From: an uncultured Desulfospira sp.
GTDB lineage: Bacteria > Desulfobacterota > Desulfobacteria > Desulfobacterales > Desulfobacteraceae
DNA: 64,000 nucleotides
Direction of reading: 5' to 3'
Assembly (NCBI GenBank): GCA_963663165.1
Contig: OY760175.1
Span: forward strand, 2,784,001 to 2,848,000
The notes under the pieces were generated by a model that saw only the letters and a list, made by a program, of their open reading frames with translations, had not been told where the DNA came from and searched no databases. This document shows positions 52,147 to 61,721 of this stretch, piece after piece (the stretch's first letter is position 1; every line of letters begins with the position of its first letter). Both the position numbers and the translations under genes were made by a program.

Positions 52147-53162
52147 ACCTGACCCGTTGCGTTGTTCAATTTTTTGACCAATACCTGCCTTATGTCAAAG
52201 GGTGCCGCCCCAATACGATCAAAAGTTACCGGGATACCATGCGCTTTTTTTTACCGTTTGCTGCCGAGTACCACAGCGTAAAGGTCAGTTCGCTCAATCT
52301 GGAACATATCACGGTAGAATTAATTTTGCAGTTTCTCAATGAGCTTGAATCCAAACGGTCCAACACGGCTAAAACCCGGAACCAGCGCCTGGCCGTTTTA
52401 AAGTCTTTTGCCAAAATGATCCGTTTTATTTATCCCGAGCAACAAAAACTGACCAATGCGATCCTTGATATTCCCCGGAAACGAAGCCAACACAAGTTGA
52501 TCGGATTTTTGTATCCCCAGGAGATCAATCAAATCCTTAATGCGGTCCAACTTAAAAGAAAGGACGGGTTCCGAGATTATACCCTTCTGTATCTATTATA
52601 TGATACCGGTGCCAGGGCAACGGAAATCGCTACCCTTGAGATGGATTATTTTGATTATGAAAATCAAACTCTGGCGATTCTTGGGAAGGGTAACCGATAT
52701 CGACAAGTTCAGTTGCTTGGGAAAACAGTAGAGCTTATGCATCAGTATATTGAAGAACATCGCAATACGCCAATCCATCCGTTTAAAAAAAGGCTGTTCA
52801 TCAACCAAAGAGGAACAAGCTTGACCCGCCACGGTATCAACCGGATCTGTAAAAACTACCTTGAACAGGCTTTACCGGCAAAGCGGACAGCGACCATGCA
52901 CCCCGTCCATAGCTTCCGTCATTCGTGTGCCGTTCGAATGCTCTCAGAGGATCGGCCTTTATCTGAAATTAAGAATCGCTTGGGGCATTCTAATGTCAAA
53001 TCCACAATGGTTTACTTAAAGCTTGATCTAGGCCAGAAGCGACATTTACAAGAGAACTTCATCCAGTTCACCAAACAGCACCTGAAATCTGATCCGAAGA
53101 TTGAGGAGTTGATCCAGTGGGAAAACAAGCAAAACGTTCTTGAGTGGCTGGATAGTCTATAG
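52143..53162 (+). CDS. Tyrosine recombinase (RIT C)
   Basis: NTIKSYRDT, TRNQRLA, GARATE, GKG, HSFRHS, LGH, TMVY. Confidence 0.93.
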   Translation: MNLTRCVVQFFDQYLPYVKGCRPNTIKSYRDTMRFFLPFAAEYHSVKVSSLNLEHITVELILQFLNELESKRSNTAKTRNQRLAVLKSFAKMIRFIYPEQQKLTNAILDIPRKRSQHKLIGFLYPQEINQILNAVQLKRKDGFRDYTLLYLLYDTGARATEIATLEMDYFDYENQTLAILGKGNRYRQVQLLGKTVELMHQYIEEHRNTPIHPFKKRLFINQRGTSLTRHGINRICKNYLEQALPAKRTATMHPVHSFRHSCAVRMLSEDRPLSEIKNRLGHSNVKSTMVYLKLDLGQKRHLQENFIQFTKQHLKSDPKIEELIQWENKQNVLEWLDSL

Positions 53163-53345
53163 ATCCTTACAGACTTCATCACCAGCACTCCTCAGGGCAA
53201 ACTGTAGCTGTTTATTATGTTTAGTGATTTGTTGCAAATTTGTCATACCCTTGATAACCCACTGTTTATTTGAACGATTTTGACTTACGGCATTACGGCG
53301 CCCAAACCACCGTCAATCAAGGCTTCAGGACCGCTCGCAACATAA

Positions 53346-53519
53346 CTCCAAAAAATTGGACTTGGGACTTGGGATATGGGACCTGGGGATTGCGGCATCC
53401 ACGGCCTCCCCAAGTCCCATATCCCATATCCCAAGTCTCAACAATATACATTATTATCCTTATCACCAAAATTGGCATCACCAGCAGGCAAGTTACATGC
53501 GATCACCCTGACCGGCCCA
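53346..53519. repeat. Framed-hairpin element copy B (GGGACTT/GGGATAT heptamer insert), interrupted at its left end by the RIT
   Basis: 53346-53459 identical to 58966-59079; left frame displaced to 49211-49227. Confidence 0.9.
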
Positions 53520-53591
53520 TCCCCATCCTTGACAAAAACTGAAAACAATGTCAGCTATATGGCATGAGACTCAACCGTTGAGGGGGCCATC

Positions 53592-54308
53592 ATGAAAAAA
53601 CCGGCCATTGTCCTTTTTTTATTGATACTTTCTGTACCGGCCTTGCGTGCCCAGGAAATCACCCTTGTGGCAGGGATGTCGCTTCCGCCCTACTTTTTGC
53701 GGGAAACCCATAACGGTATGGAACATGATATTGTAAAAGAAGCCCTGGCTAAAAGCGGTTATACCCTGACGTTAAAATTTGTCCCTTTTATCCGGCTTGT
53801 TGTTGACTATCCCAAATATGACGGCGCCCTGACCATCAATGAGGCCTCAGGCGCAAAAGGCAGTTATTCCGATGTGGTTATCGTTTACCGGAATTATGCC
53901 ATTTCTCTTAAAGAAAAAAATATATTCATCCATACACTTCAGGACCTGAAAGACAAACGAATTATCGCTTTTCAAAACGCCACGACATATCTTGGGAACG
54001 TTTACAAAACAATTGTAGAGGCCAATCCCCATTACAAGGAAACCGCCGATCAGGAAGGCCAGGTAAAAATGCTCTTTTCCGGCAGAACAGACACGGTGGT
54101 GATGGACCGGAATATTTTCAAATATTTTAGAAAAACAACCACCGGAATGGATACCAGCCCCCAAGTGGTTTACCATAACCTGTTTGAGGCATCGGAATAC
54201 AAAGTCCTGTTTAATGACCCGGTTGTCAGGGACCGATTTAACAAGGGGCTTGCCCAATTAAAGGCATCCGGCCGGTACCAGGAGATCATCAACACCTATG
54301 TCGAATAA
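53592..54308 (+). CDS. Periplasmic substrate-binding protein (family 3-like), orphan
   Basis: Signal peptide, LPPY...GMEHDIV, GRTDTVVMD, FNKGLAQLKASGRYQEI. Confidence 0.8.
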   Translation: MKKPAIVLFLLILSVPALRAQEITLVAGMSLPPYFLRETHNGMEHDIVKEALAKSGYTLTLKFVPFIRLVVDYPKYDGALTINEASGAKGSYSDVVIVYRNYAISLKEKNIFIHTLQDLKDKRIIAFQNATTYLGNVYKTIVEANPHYKETADQEGQVKMLFSGRTDTVVMDRNIFKYFRKTTTGMDTSPQVVYHNLFEASEYKVLFNDPVVRDRFNKGLAQLKASGRYQEIINTYVE

Positions 54309-54311
54309 GGA

Positions 54312-55604
54312 TCACCCCCCGGCAAGGCCGTTGATAATCCGTTCAATCAGGTAAAGGGCACCCTTGGGTCCCATATGGGGTTTGGGAATCACATGCATAT
54401 AGCTTCCGGCAGGAAGGCTGATTTCAATTCCGGCAATGTCCGGATATTTAAGACCGAGCCTGGCGATAAACGCGCCGCTGCCAATAGCGATATCCGGTTT
54501 TACCCGGGCGGTATCTGCCTGCCATGCGTCAAGGCAATTAATGGATGCCAGAAATGCCTGGATTCTTTCCTCAAACAGGCCGGATTCCCCGGTCACCCAC
54601 ACGGAAACCGGCACCAGCCCTAAATACTCATAAAGCCAGACCAGCAGGGGCCAGACCAGGGACCCGTCTGCCGACAGGGCAAAACAGGCCCCCTTGGGAA
54701 GCCCGGTCAGGGTATTAAACCGGTTCAAGGCCGTATAGGCCTGCCTGCGGGCTTTTTGGATCATTTTCAACGCCGGTTCCGGATCCGCATCAAGGCGGCG
54801 GCAGACCAGCTCAATCCATGAGGCAGTGGCCTCAAACCCCACCGGCGCCCCCATGGGCGGCACCATGCTGGCCACGCCCCAATTTTCAGCCATAAACGGG
54901 ACCAGTTCTGTGGCGTATTCTTCGTGGATCACCACATTAAACCTTGCCGAGCCGGCATTTTCAAGTTCTGCCAAGGTACAGCCGGCGCCCATGCAGGTGT
55001 TGACCTGAATGCCGCAGGCATTGAGCAGCCCTTTGAGCTCATCCACATTTCCCTGAAAGTGGTGGTGGGCTATGCTGATTCCCACCAGGTTTACCGTTTT
55101 TTCAGACCAGGCCCGGCGTTTAACGTCAAGGGCCTTTAGCACCCCCATCATCCCGCGCTGAAACCCCTGGGACATGGGCAATGAAAACCCGGCGTTTTCA
55201 ATGGCAACACAAGGAACGGGCAGGCGGGCATTCTGGATAAACCGGTCCAGATCATCGCCGATCAAGGCCGCGCCCGGGGAGTTGACCACGGCAATGAGGC
55301 CATGCCCCTTTGCCGCCACCACGGGCAGGATATCCTCAAGTTTCCCGGTGGCCCCGAACACATAATCATAATCATCCAGAAAGGTGGCCGGGACCCGGGA
55401 CTGGCCAAAATAGAAGGGTTCCGAATAATAGAGCGGGTCCAGCAGGCCGGTCCTTGGCATCTGGCTCTCGCAAAGGGCCCCGTGAAAAAATTTACAGCCC
55501 GTGGGGCCGTTGAGCAGCACTGCCGCATCCCAAATCCCTTCAACGGCGGCAATGGCCCCGGTAAAACTGTCCGGGATCAGTATGGTCCCCTCAAATCCCG
55601 TCAT
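54312..55604 (-). CDS. Nitrogenase component-1-like oxidoreductase subunit (NifK/BchZ-like)
   Basis: [29 protein letters not shown]. Confidence 0.8.
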   Translation of the reverse strand: MTGFEGTILIPDSFTGAIAAVEGIWDAAVLLNGPTGCKFFHGALCESQMPRTGLLDPLYYSEPFYFGQSRVPATFLDDYDYVFGATGKLEDILPVVAAKGHGLIAVVNSPGAALIGDDLDRFIQNARLPVPCVAIENAGFSLPMSQGFQRGMMGVLKALDVKRRAWSEKTVNLVGISIAHHHFQGNVDELKGLLNACGIQVNTCMGAGCTLAELENAGSARFNVVIHEEYATELVPFMAENWGVASMVPPMGAPVGFEATASWIELVCRRLDADPEPALKMIQKARRQAYTALNRFNTLTGLPKGACFALSADGSLVWPLLVWLYEYLGLVPVSVWVTGESGLFEERIQAFLASINCLDAWQADTARVKPDIAIGSGAFIARLGLKYPDIAGIEISLPAGSYMHVIPKPHMGPKGALYLIERIINGLAGG

Positions 55605-57837
55605 TTTTCCATCCTTCAGTTACCGGGGCGCACAGCAGGCCGGCCCAGCGCCGGGCAAAGGCAAGCCCGCTGTAAAAGCCTGTATCCGGGCACATGGGAA
55701 TGATATCCACATGCAGGTCAAAGGGCAGGTTTCGCGGGGTATAGTTCCCCAAAAGCAGGTCCGGCTTTAACCGTAACAGGTCCGGGTCCCGTTTGGCCGG
55801 GTCATAATCCAGCTCCACATCAAACTGCCCGGGATACCGGGTGATGAACCGGTTGTCCTGGGAATAGTTGAGAATCCCCACCTTAACCACGGTCATGCCC
55901 AGGTCCCCGGCCGCCTCAACGATCCAGTCCACATTGTGAATATAGGTAAGGATCATCAGCCGACGCCCTTTGAGCTGTTTGCTGTATGCCCGGATCATCT
56001 GGTCATAGGTTCGCTTATGGGAATCAATCAGGGCCTGCCCTTTATCCCGGCAGTTGAAAAAGTCCGCCACCTGAAGGATCCAGGCCACGGTTTCGGTAAA
56101 CCCCACGGGAAAGGGCAGGTCTGCCGTGGGTACGCCCAAGCGGGATTTCGCAAAATCAGCCATGAGCCTTCCCAGGTAATCATTGTAAGCCGCCAGGTTC
56201 AACGGTGCTTTTTTAAAATGCTTAAGCTGAGCCACCGTGGTGTTTCTGACAAACCGGCAGTTGACCCCGATGCCCATGGACTTGAGAAGCCCTGCCATGG
56301 CGGCAAAGTTGCTCTCGGCATTATAGGCGATATTTTTTTCCGCCAGGATGTTCACACACCGGTCCTCGGGGGTAACGGTTTCATCCACCAGGGCGGCGGC
56401 CCCCTCCATACAGGCATTGATGACCCCCTGCATGTAATCGCCCTGCATATTGCCGTCGGTGGCAATGGGGATCACCGGCACATGGGGATGCCGCTTGTGA
56501 ATATCTGTGATGGCGGCTTTGGGATCATCCCCGATCACCCCGGACGGGCAGGTGGTTAAAAGAAACACGGCCCCGGGCCGGTTTGAGGCGGTATTTTCCA
56601 CCGGCCGGTTCAAGGCCTGTTCGACGGTCTCAATCAGATTTTGTTTACCGCCGTAAATCACTACGGACTCGTCCATATCCGAGGAGACCACGGCCGGTGC
56701 CAGCTGATGGGCAAGGCGTATCTTTTTTTGAGCCTCCAGCCGGAGCCCGGCGGAAAGCACGGCCTGGCAGGCAATGTGGGTGCAGCTGGCCGGCCCGTGG
56801 GCCACGGTCACCGCATCCGTGATCTGGGTGGTGGTGGACAGGGCCCCGGAAAAAGCGCAGCCGTGCAGGGGTTCTCTTGAAATCAGGCTTTTGGATAAAA
56901 ACATGGGGGGCCGGCCAGAACCCTGCTGGTCCCGGGGGTCCCCGGATTGGCCGGCAGGTTCCGGATCTATGGTTTTTTCTTTAATGATGTTAAAGGGGGG
57001 TATCCCGGGGGCCTTATCCGGGCAGACCAGGTTTTCCAGGACGGTTTCATCCAGAAACCGGGCAGGGTAAACCGTCCTGTTCTCCAGGACATCCCGGGCC
57101 AGTTCCTGGAAAATCCAGGCTTCCCTGGAATCGCCAAATGCCTCCACCACGGTTTTTTCCTTCATTTCCGCCTGGCGGAACAGCCGGCTTCTCGGGATGA
57201 TCTGCTTTAAGGGAACCCCCACCTGACCGGCAAACCGCTTCAAAGGGTTACGGCCTTCATCTTCCCCCCGGGAGTTTAAAATCAGGCCGGCCAGCCCCAA
57301 CCCCTCCTGGTCAAAATTTTTCACGCCTTTGAGGATATTATTGGCCGCATAAACAGACATGAATTCCTCAGAGGTAACCACATATACCCGGTCGGCAAAC
57401 CCCCGGCGCAAGGGCACGGCAAAGCCCCCGCAGACCACATCCCCGAGCACATCGTAGACCACGACATCAAAGGCGTCCATGTCAAGCCCTAACCGCTCGA
57501 ACAGGGCAAAGGTGCTTAAAATCCCCCGGCCGGCGCACCCCACCCCGGGTTCAGGCCCGCCGGCTTCGGCACAGACCACCCCGCCAAAGCCCTTGTGAAG
57601 GACCTTGTCCAGGCGCTGCAAGGGGGGCGGCGTTTCTTTCATATAGTCCAGGGCCGTTACAATCCGCCGGCCGCCCAGCAGCAGGCGGGTGGAGTCGTGC
57701 TTGGGATCACACCCGATCTGCAGCACCTTTTTGCCCATGCCGGCCAGGGCGGCGGAAAGATTGGCACAGATGGTGGATTTGCCGATACCGCCTTTTCCAT
57801 ATATGGCGATTTTTATGGCCGGGCTTTGTTGGCCCAT
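55591..57837 (-). CDS. NifH-like Fe-protein fused to NifD/E-like component-1 domain
   Basis: [39 protein letters not shown]; then [25 protein letters not shown]. Confidence 0.88.
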   Translation of the reverse strand: MGQQSPAIKIAIYGKGGIGKSTICANLSAALAGMGKKVLQIGCDPKHDSTRLLLGGRRIVTALDYMKETPPPLQRLDKVLHKGFGGVVCAEAGGPEPGVGCAGRGILSTFALFERLGLDMDAFDVVVYDVLGDVVCGGFAVPLRRGFADRVYVVTSEEFMSVYAANNILKGVKNFDQEGLGLAGLILNSRGEDEGRNPLKRFAGQVGVPLKQIIPRSRLFRQAEMKEKTVVEAFGDSREAWIFQELARDVLENRTVYPARFLDETVLENLVCPDKAPGIPPFNIIKEKTIDPEPAGQSGDPRDQQGSGRPPMFLSKSLISREPLHGCAFSGALSTTTQITDAVTVAHGPASCTHIACQAVLSAGLRLEAQKKIRLAHQLAPAVVSSDMDESVVIYGGKQNLIETVEQALNRPVENTASNRPGAVFLLTTCPSGVIGDDPKAAITDIHKRHPHVPVIPIATDGNMQGDYMQGVINACMEGAAALVDETVTPEDRCVNILAEKNIAYNAESNFAAMAGLLKSMGIGVNCRFVRNTTVAQLKHFKKAPLNLAAYNDYLGRLMADFAKSRLGVPTADLPFPVGFTETVAWILQVADFFNCRDKGQALIDSHKRTYDQMIRAYSKQLKGRRLMILTYIHNVDWIVEAAGDLGMTVVKVGILNYSQDNRFITRYPGQFDVELDYDPAKRDPDLLRLKPDLLLGNYTPRNLPFDLHVDIIPMCPDTGFYSGLAFARRWAGLLCAPVTEGWKNDGI

Positions 57838-57859
57838 ATTAAAATTCCTGACAGAACAT

Positions 57860-58840
57860 TTAAGGGGTAACCCCCACCCACCTGCCGTCACGGGCCGATT
57901 TAAGACAGGCCTCACAGATTTGAACAGCGGCCAGGCCCTCTTTGGCCGGGATGGGATTAGGGGCACCGCGCAAAAACTTTTGAAAATCCCCCAGTAACGG
58001 CATAATGGTGTGGACCTGATGTTTAGGGCTTAAGTCCGACAGGGCTTGTCCTTTAACCTTGGTGACCCGGTTATAAATATGGTCGCCCCAGAGCTGCCCC
58101 TTTTCCCCCACGAACTGAAACGATCCGGAACGGGCATGCCCCACCTTTGAACAGTCAACCGTGCCCACCACCCCGTCTTCCATCTCCAGCAGAACGGCCA
58201 GCAGATCCTCAAGGGGGTTTTTCCCATGACAGCGGGTGACGGCCGAGACCCGGACAATTTCCCGGCCGGTGATAAGCCGGAGGGCGTCAAACACATGGAC
58301 TGCGGTATGAAAGCTGACCCCGGCACCGGCAAGTTCCGGGGCATGAAGCCATTCAAGGGTGGCCGGTTCCAGCCGCTGATTGGCAGCAAAACTGAACATG
58401 GGGCCAAGATTTGGCAGTTCTGTTTTCAGTATGCCCACCACCGCATTATACCGCAGGGTATGGCCGACCATGAGATGAAGCCCCTCATGCCGGGAAAGCC
58501 TTTCAATAAACCGGGCATCTTCAAGGCTGCCCGCCAGGGGCTTTTCCAGAAGAAGCGGCTTTTGAGCTTTGGCACAGGCCAGGGCAATGTCCTTGTTCAA
58601 AGCCGGCGGCACCACGGAAATGACGGCATCAACATCATCGGCGACCACCAGTCCCTGCCAGTCACGGTGATACCGGCATTGCCACTGCCCGGCCTGAACA
58701 GCCCCCTTGGCCGAACGGCGGCTGACGGCCTGAAGTAAAAGCCCGGGAATGTCATGAACCAAATGATGGGCATACCGGCTGCCGTGTTTGCCCGTGCCGA
58801 TCACTCCGACGCGCATGGGCCTTATGTTTTCGGTCATCAT
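57860..58840 (-). CDS. Gfo/Idh/MocA-family NAD(P)-dependent oxidoreductase
   Basis: [25 protein letters not shown]. Confidence 0.88.
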   Translation of the reverse strand: MMTENIRPMRVGVIGTGKHGSRYAHHLVHDIPGLLLQAVSRRSAKGAVQAGQWQCRYHRDWQGLVVADDVDAVISVVPPALNKDIALACAKAQKPLLLEKPLAGSLEDARFIERLSRHEGLHLMVGHTLRYNAVVGILKTELPNLGPMFSFAANQRLEPATLEWLHAPELAGAGVSFHTAVHVFDALRLITGREIVRVSAVTRCHGKNPLEDLLAVLLEMEDGVVGTVDCSKVGHARSGSFQFVGEKGQLWGDHIYNRVTKVKGQALSDLSPKHQVHTIMPLLGDFQKFLRGAPNPIPAKEGLAAVQICEACLKSARDGRWVGVTP

Positions 58841-58955
58841 GCCTGTTCTGGCGAGTCCTTTTCACTAGAGCCTGTTTATCGGATTTTCTATGTACAACAG
58901 ACTGAGCCATTTGGCAAATAGCCGGCCCATCGTACTGAGTATAATTTTTAAAAAT

Positions 58956-59079
58956 TAAGAATGATCTCCAAAAAATTGGACTTGGGACTTGGGATATGGG
59001 ACCTGGGGATTGCGGCATCCACGGCCTCCCCAAGTCCCATATCCCATATCCCAAGTCTCAACAATATACATTATTATCC
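58956..59079. repeat. Framed-hairpin element copy C (uninterrupted)
   Basis: 114 bp identical to 53346-53459; left frame taagaatgatctcc versus taaggataatctcc. Confidence 0.9.
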
Positions 59080-59138
59080 ATACCGACACAACAAACAGTC
59101 GGCGGATATGATAACCCTGCAAGTGCTATGGTGAAGTG

Positions 59139-60554
59139 TTAGATATAAGGGGAAAGCCCCGGGCAAAAGGCTTCAAAGTCGCGGATCCGGGCCTCCATAT
59201 CTTCCGGAAGCGGCTGAGTTTGGGAAGCCGGACCCCCATTCTGCCCTAAGAAAGTTTCAGCAAAGGCCGGGATTTGTTCTGCCTCAAGCATAATGCCGGG
59301 ATGCCGGTTATCCCGTTCAATCACCACCTCTTTGTCCGGGTTCAGGCAGACCACGGCATGGGGATACCGCAACGAAGCAGAGGGCCTCAGTGCTGCGGCA
59401 TTATAGGTGAGCTTTAAGGTCAGGCCGGACAGGTCGCCATGGGGCCAGAGCCTTTGACTTACGGCCACACGATCTCTTTTTTCGGACACATGCCAGTCGG
59501 TTTCCTTCTTTCCCTTTTTTTCAAACCCGTCACAAAGGGTCTGGACCAGGCCGGGATCGCCACAAAATTCCATGGTCCGGATGTATCCGGGTTGGGTTAT
59601 GTCTTCCCAGGGGTAGGCCACCATTGAGCCGTTGCGCCGTCTTGCCGCCGCCTTCTGGAACTGGTTGCGGAAGGTAAAAGAGCAGTAGTTGACCGGCAGC
59701 AAAATTTGTTCTTCCAGTGCATGGAGAACAAGGGACAATGCGGTCAGTTCCGTTTCAAGGACGGCCGTTCCCGGCCCATGAAGAAAGGTATACCCCCGGT
59801 TGATGAGTTTGGGGGTGTTAAACGGGGTACAGCGGATCTGGTGAAGGTTTAAAAAATTGACCCCGGTGTCGGCAAGGACCTTCAGCAACGGTTTTGTTTT
59901 TTCCAGGTCTTCGGGAATGGCCGGGATTTCAACGGTGACAATGGGAATGATCCCGACGGCTTTTTTCAGGCTGTTCAGATGATAATCCACAGCAGACAGG
60001 TCAAAGCGTATTTCCTTAAGACCGTTGTCCCGGAGGGCCTTGAGCCGGTCGGAGCTGGCCAGAATGCCGTTGGTATACATCCAGGTGTGAAGGGGCGATT
60101 TCACCTGTTCCCCAAGCGCCTTGAGAAAAGCGACCACCCGGTCAAGGGTCATGAGGGGTTCTCCGCCGCTGAACCCCACCCCCTGAATATCAAACCGCTT
60201 CACATAATCGGCATAGTCCCGGGGTTGGTCAAACTCTACCGAACTTGTGATGGGAACGCCCGGCTCTTTTTGGGGGGCGGGGCAGTAAAAACAGCCCGCA
60301 TTGCAGATGCCGTTGATAAACAGGCAGGACCATTTTCCCTGGCCGCACAGGGCACAGCCCGGAGACATGCCGTGGGCAAACAGCTTGGTCCCTTCAAAGG
60401 CCCATCCGGCCTTAGCGTCCTGCTGGTCAAATATCCGGCCAAGCAGCTCCTCACGATACTGCTCGGCTGCCCGGGCTGCTCCGGCCGAAAGCCAGTGCAT
60501 GGTCTGGTACAATCCGGGGAATTCCCTGCGGGTACGGTTAATCCAGGGGTTCAT
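59139..60554 (-). CDS. Radical SAM protein of unknown function
   Basis: CNAGCFYC (CxxxCxxC), SGGEP, YTNG; extra SPGCALC. Confidence 0.88.
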   Translation of the reverse strand: MNPWINRTRREFPGLYQTMHWLSAGAARAAEQYREELLGRIFDQQDAKAGWAFEGTKLFAHGMSPGCALCGQGKWSCLFINGICNAGCFYCPAPQKEPGVPITSSVEFDQPRDYADYVKRFDIQGVGFSGGEPLMTLDRVVAFLKALGEQVKSPLHTWMYTNGILASSDRLKALRDNGLKEIRFDLSAVDYHLNSLKKAVGIIPIVTVEIPAIPEDLEKTKPLLKVLADTGVNFLNLHQIRCTPFNTPKLINRGYTFLHGPGTAVLETELTALSLVLHALEEQILLPVNYCSFTFRNQFQKAAARRRNGSMVAYPWEDITQPGYIRTMEFCGDPGLVQTLCDGFEKKGKKETDWHVSEKRDRVAVSQRLWPHGDLSGLTLKLTYNAAALRPSASLRYPHAVVCLNPDKEVVIERDNRHPGIMLEAEQIPAFAETFLGQNGGPASQTQPLPEDMEARIRDFEAFCPGLSPYI

Positions 60555-60676
60555 ATCAAATTATAAATAATAAAATTCATCTCAAGGCCAAAGGGACACA
60601 CCGGCAAAACAGAAGCCACAGATCCTGTTTCTGCTGTAAACCGGAACCAAAAGTTCTTTTCTAATGCTGTTTATGG

Positions 60677-60862
60677 CTAATACTTCTCTTCCCAGCTGTC
60701 TTCCGGATTCCGATCCCGCTGACGTTTCTTTTTTCCCTTTTTTTTTCTGTGAAAAAAATCGTCTAAATCTTCATCACTGTAGGATTCGTCATAATGGTTT
60801 CGAAATTTTGGATTTTTGATTTTCCTGGATTTCCCAGGCCGCTCATGATCATACTTTCCCAT
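60677..60862 (-). CDS. Small highly charged hypothetical protein (61 aa)
   Basis: RBS AAAGGA before ATG 60862; sigma54 site upstream. Confidence 0.5.
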   Translation of the reverse strand: MGKYDHERPGKSRKIKNPKFRNHYDESYSDEDLDDFFHRKKKGKKKRQRDRNPEDSWEEKY

Positions 60863-60925
60863 GGAATCGTCCTTTAATACAGCATTCTTTCCCGGCAGCA
60901 AGCCGGCGTTCAAGGCTTCTTGGCG

Positions 60926-60941
60926 AGCAGGTTTCATGCCA
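60926..60941 (-). promoter_or_regulatory. Sigma54 -24/-12 promoter candidate
   Basis: TGGCAT-GAAAC-CTGCT on minus strand. Confidence 0.55.
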
Positions 60942-61028
60942 TAAGGTGAAAAAAATCTGTCTTTTAATTTATTCCGGCTAAAAAATTATTCTACCTGGGG
61001 CATTGATGACCATTTTTCAGATAGAACC

Positions 61029-61044
61029 GGGCATGAAATTTGCT
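61029..61044 (+). promoter_or_regulatory. Sigma54 -24/-12 promoter candidate for the dksA-like gene
   Basis: GGGCAT-GAAAT-TTGCT. Confidence 0.6.
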
Positions 61045-61120
61045 GTGAACTGCTTTCATTTGCAACCCTCTTTCAGACAGAACATCAACCGGCAACAGAT
61101 TTATCTCATGGGAGCGAATA

Positions 61121-61480
61121 ATGGACCCTAAAGAAATGGAACGATTCAAGGCCATACTGACCGAGCAGGTAGACCGTCTTTTAGATCAGGCCAAAATCAG
61201 CAAATCAGAATTGGCCACGGAAAACACGAGGGAAACCGAATATGTGGACCGGGCCTCAATCCATGCAGCCCAGGCCCTGCGGCTCCGGTTCCGTACCCGG
61301 GAAAGCCGGCTGCTCAACAAGCTTCGGCTGGCCCTGGAGCGGATAGAAAACGGCACTTACGGGGAATGTGAGATCTGCGGAGAGCCCATTTCCATTCAAC
61401 GGCTTGAAGCCAGGCCAGTCACCACAAAATGTATTAGCTGCAAAGAGCAGGAAGAACTTATGGAAGCCATCTCCAAATAA
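61121..61480 (+). CDS. dksA: DksA/TraR C4 zinc-finger protein
   Basis: ALERIENGTYGECEICGEPISIQRLEARPVTTKCISCKE; coiled-coil tip EYVDRA. Confidence 0.85.
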   Translation: MDPKEMERFKAILTEQVDRLLDQAKISKSELATENTRETEYVDRASIHAAQALRLRFRTRESRLLNKLRLALERIENGTYGECEICGEPISIQRLEARPVTTKCISCKEQEELMEAISK

Positions 61481-61721
61481 GGGCTGCCGGTACTCTTTTG
61501 CCTTATTCAAAGCCTTTTTATTGCTTAGCTGTTCGAAATTTTACCCTTTTTCCGTGAATCTGAATTTTACTTTTTACCGGCATCTTCTCGCGAAAAATGT
61601 GTTTAACCCTTGCAAGTTTTTTCTTTTTTCCTTAAATAAAAGCAACAGATAAGAACTGAAAATTCCGTTTTAAACAAGAAAACGGAACAGGGCGTTCACC
61701 TAAAAGGCTGAGCAGGGAATT

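Larger units (their letters stand above)
49228..53345 (+). mobile_element. RIT (recombinase-in-trio) element with two extra upstream ORFs
   Basis: Three coupled tyrosine recombinases; ends TTATGTAGCG / CGCAACATAA (inverted, 9 of 10 match); CTCCAA directly repeated at 49222-49227 and 53346-53351. Confidence 0.88.

Noticed and set aside
53443..53454. dif-like core: reverse complement ATAATGTATATT equals the centre of E. coli dif (also in copy C)
   Set aside because: Flanking XerD arm (TTATGTTAAAT) is not matched and copies A and D lack the core; kept only as a curiosity
53346..53463. Classical integron attC site
   Set aside because: No RYYYAAC/GTTRRRY boxes at the hairpin ends, and no IntI-type integrase recognised in the window
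54312..57837. True Mo-nitrogenase nifHDK
   Set aside because: Partner lacks two of three P-cluster Cys, no FeMo-co Cys ligand, no nifENB nearby
57838..57966. N-terminal extension of the NifH fusion in the ORF track
   Set aside because: Overlaps the upstream oxidoreductase; NifH homology begins after ATG 57837
11568..59079. Periodic repeats as CRISPR arrays
   Set aside because: Units are 7-9 nt with no unique 30-40 nt spacers, and there are no cas genes
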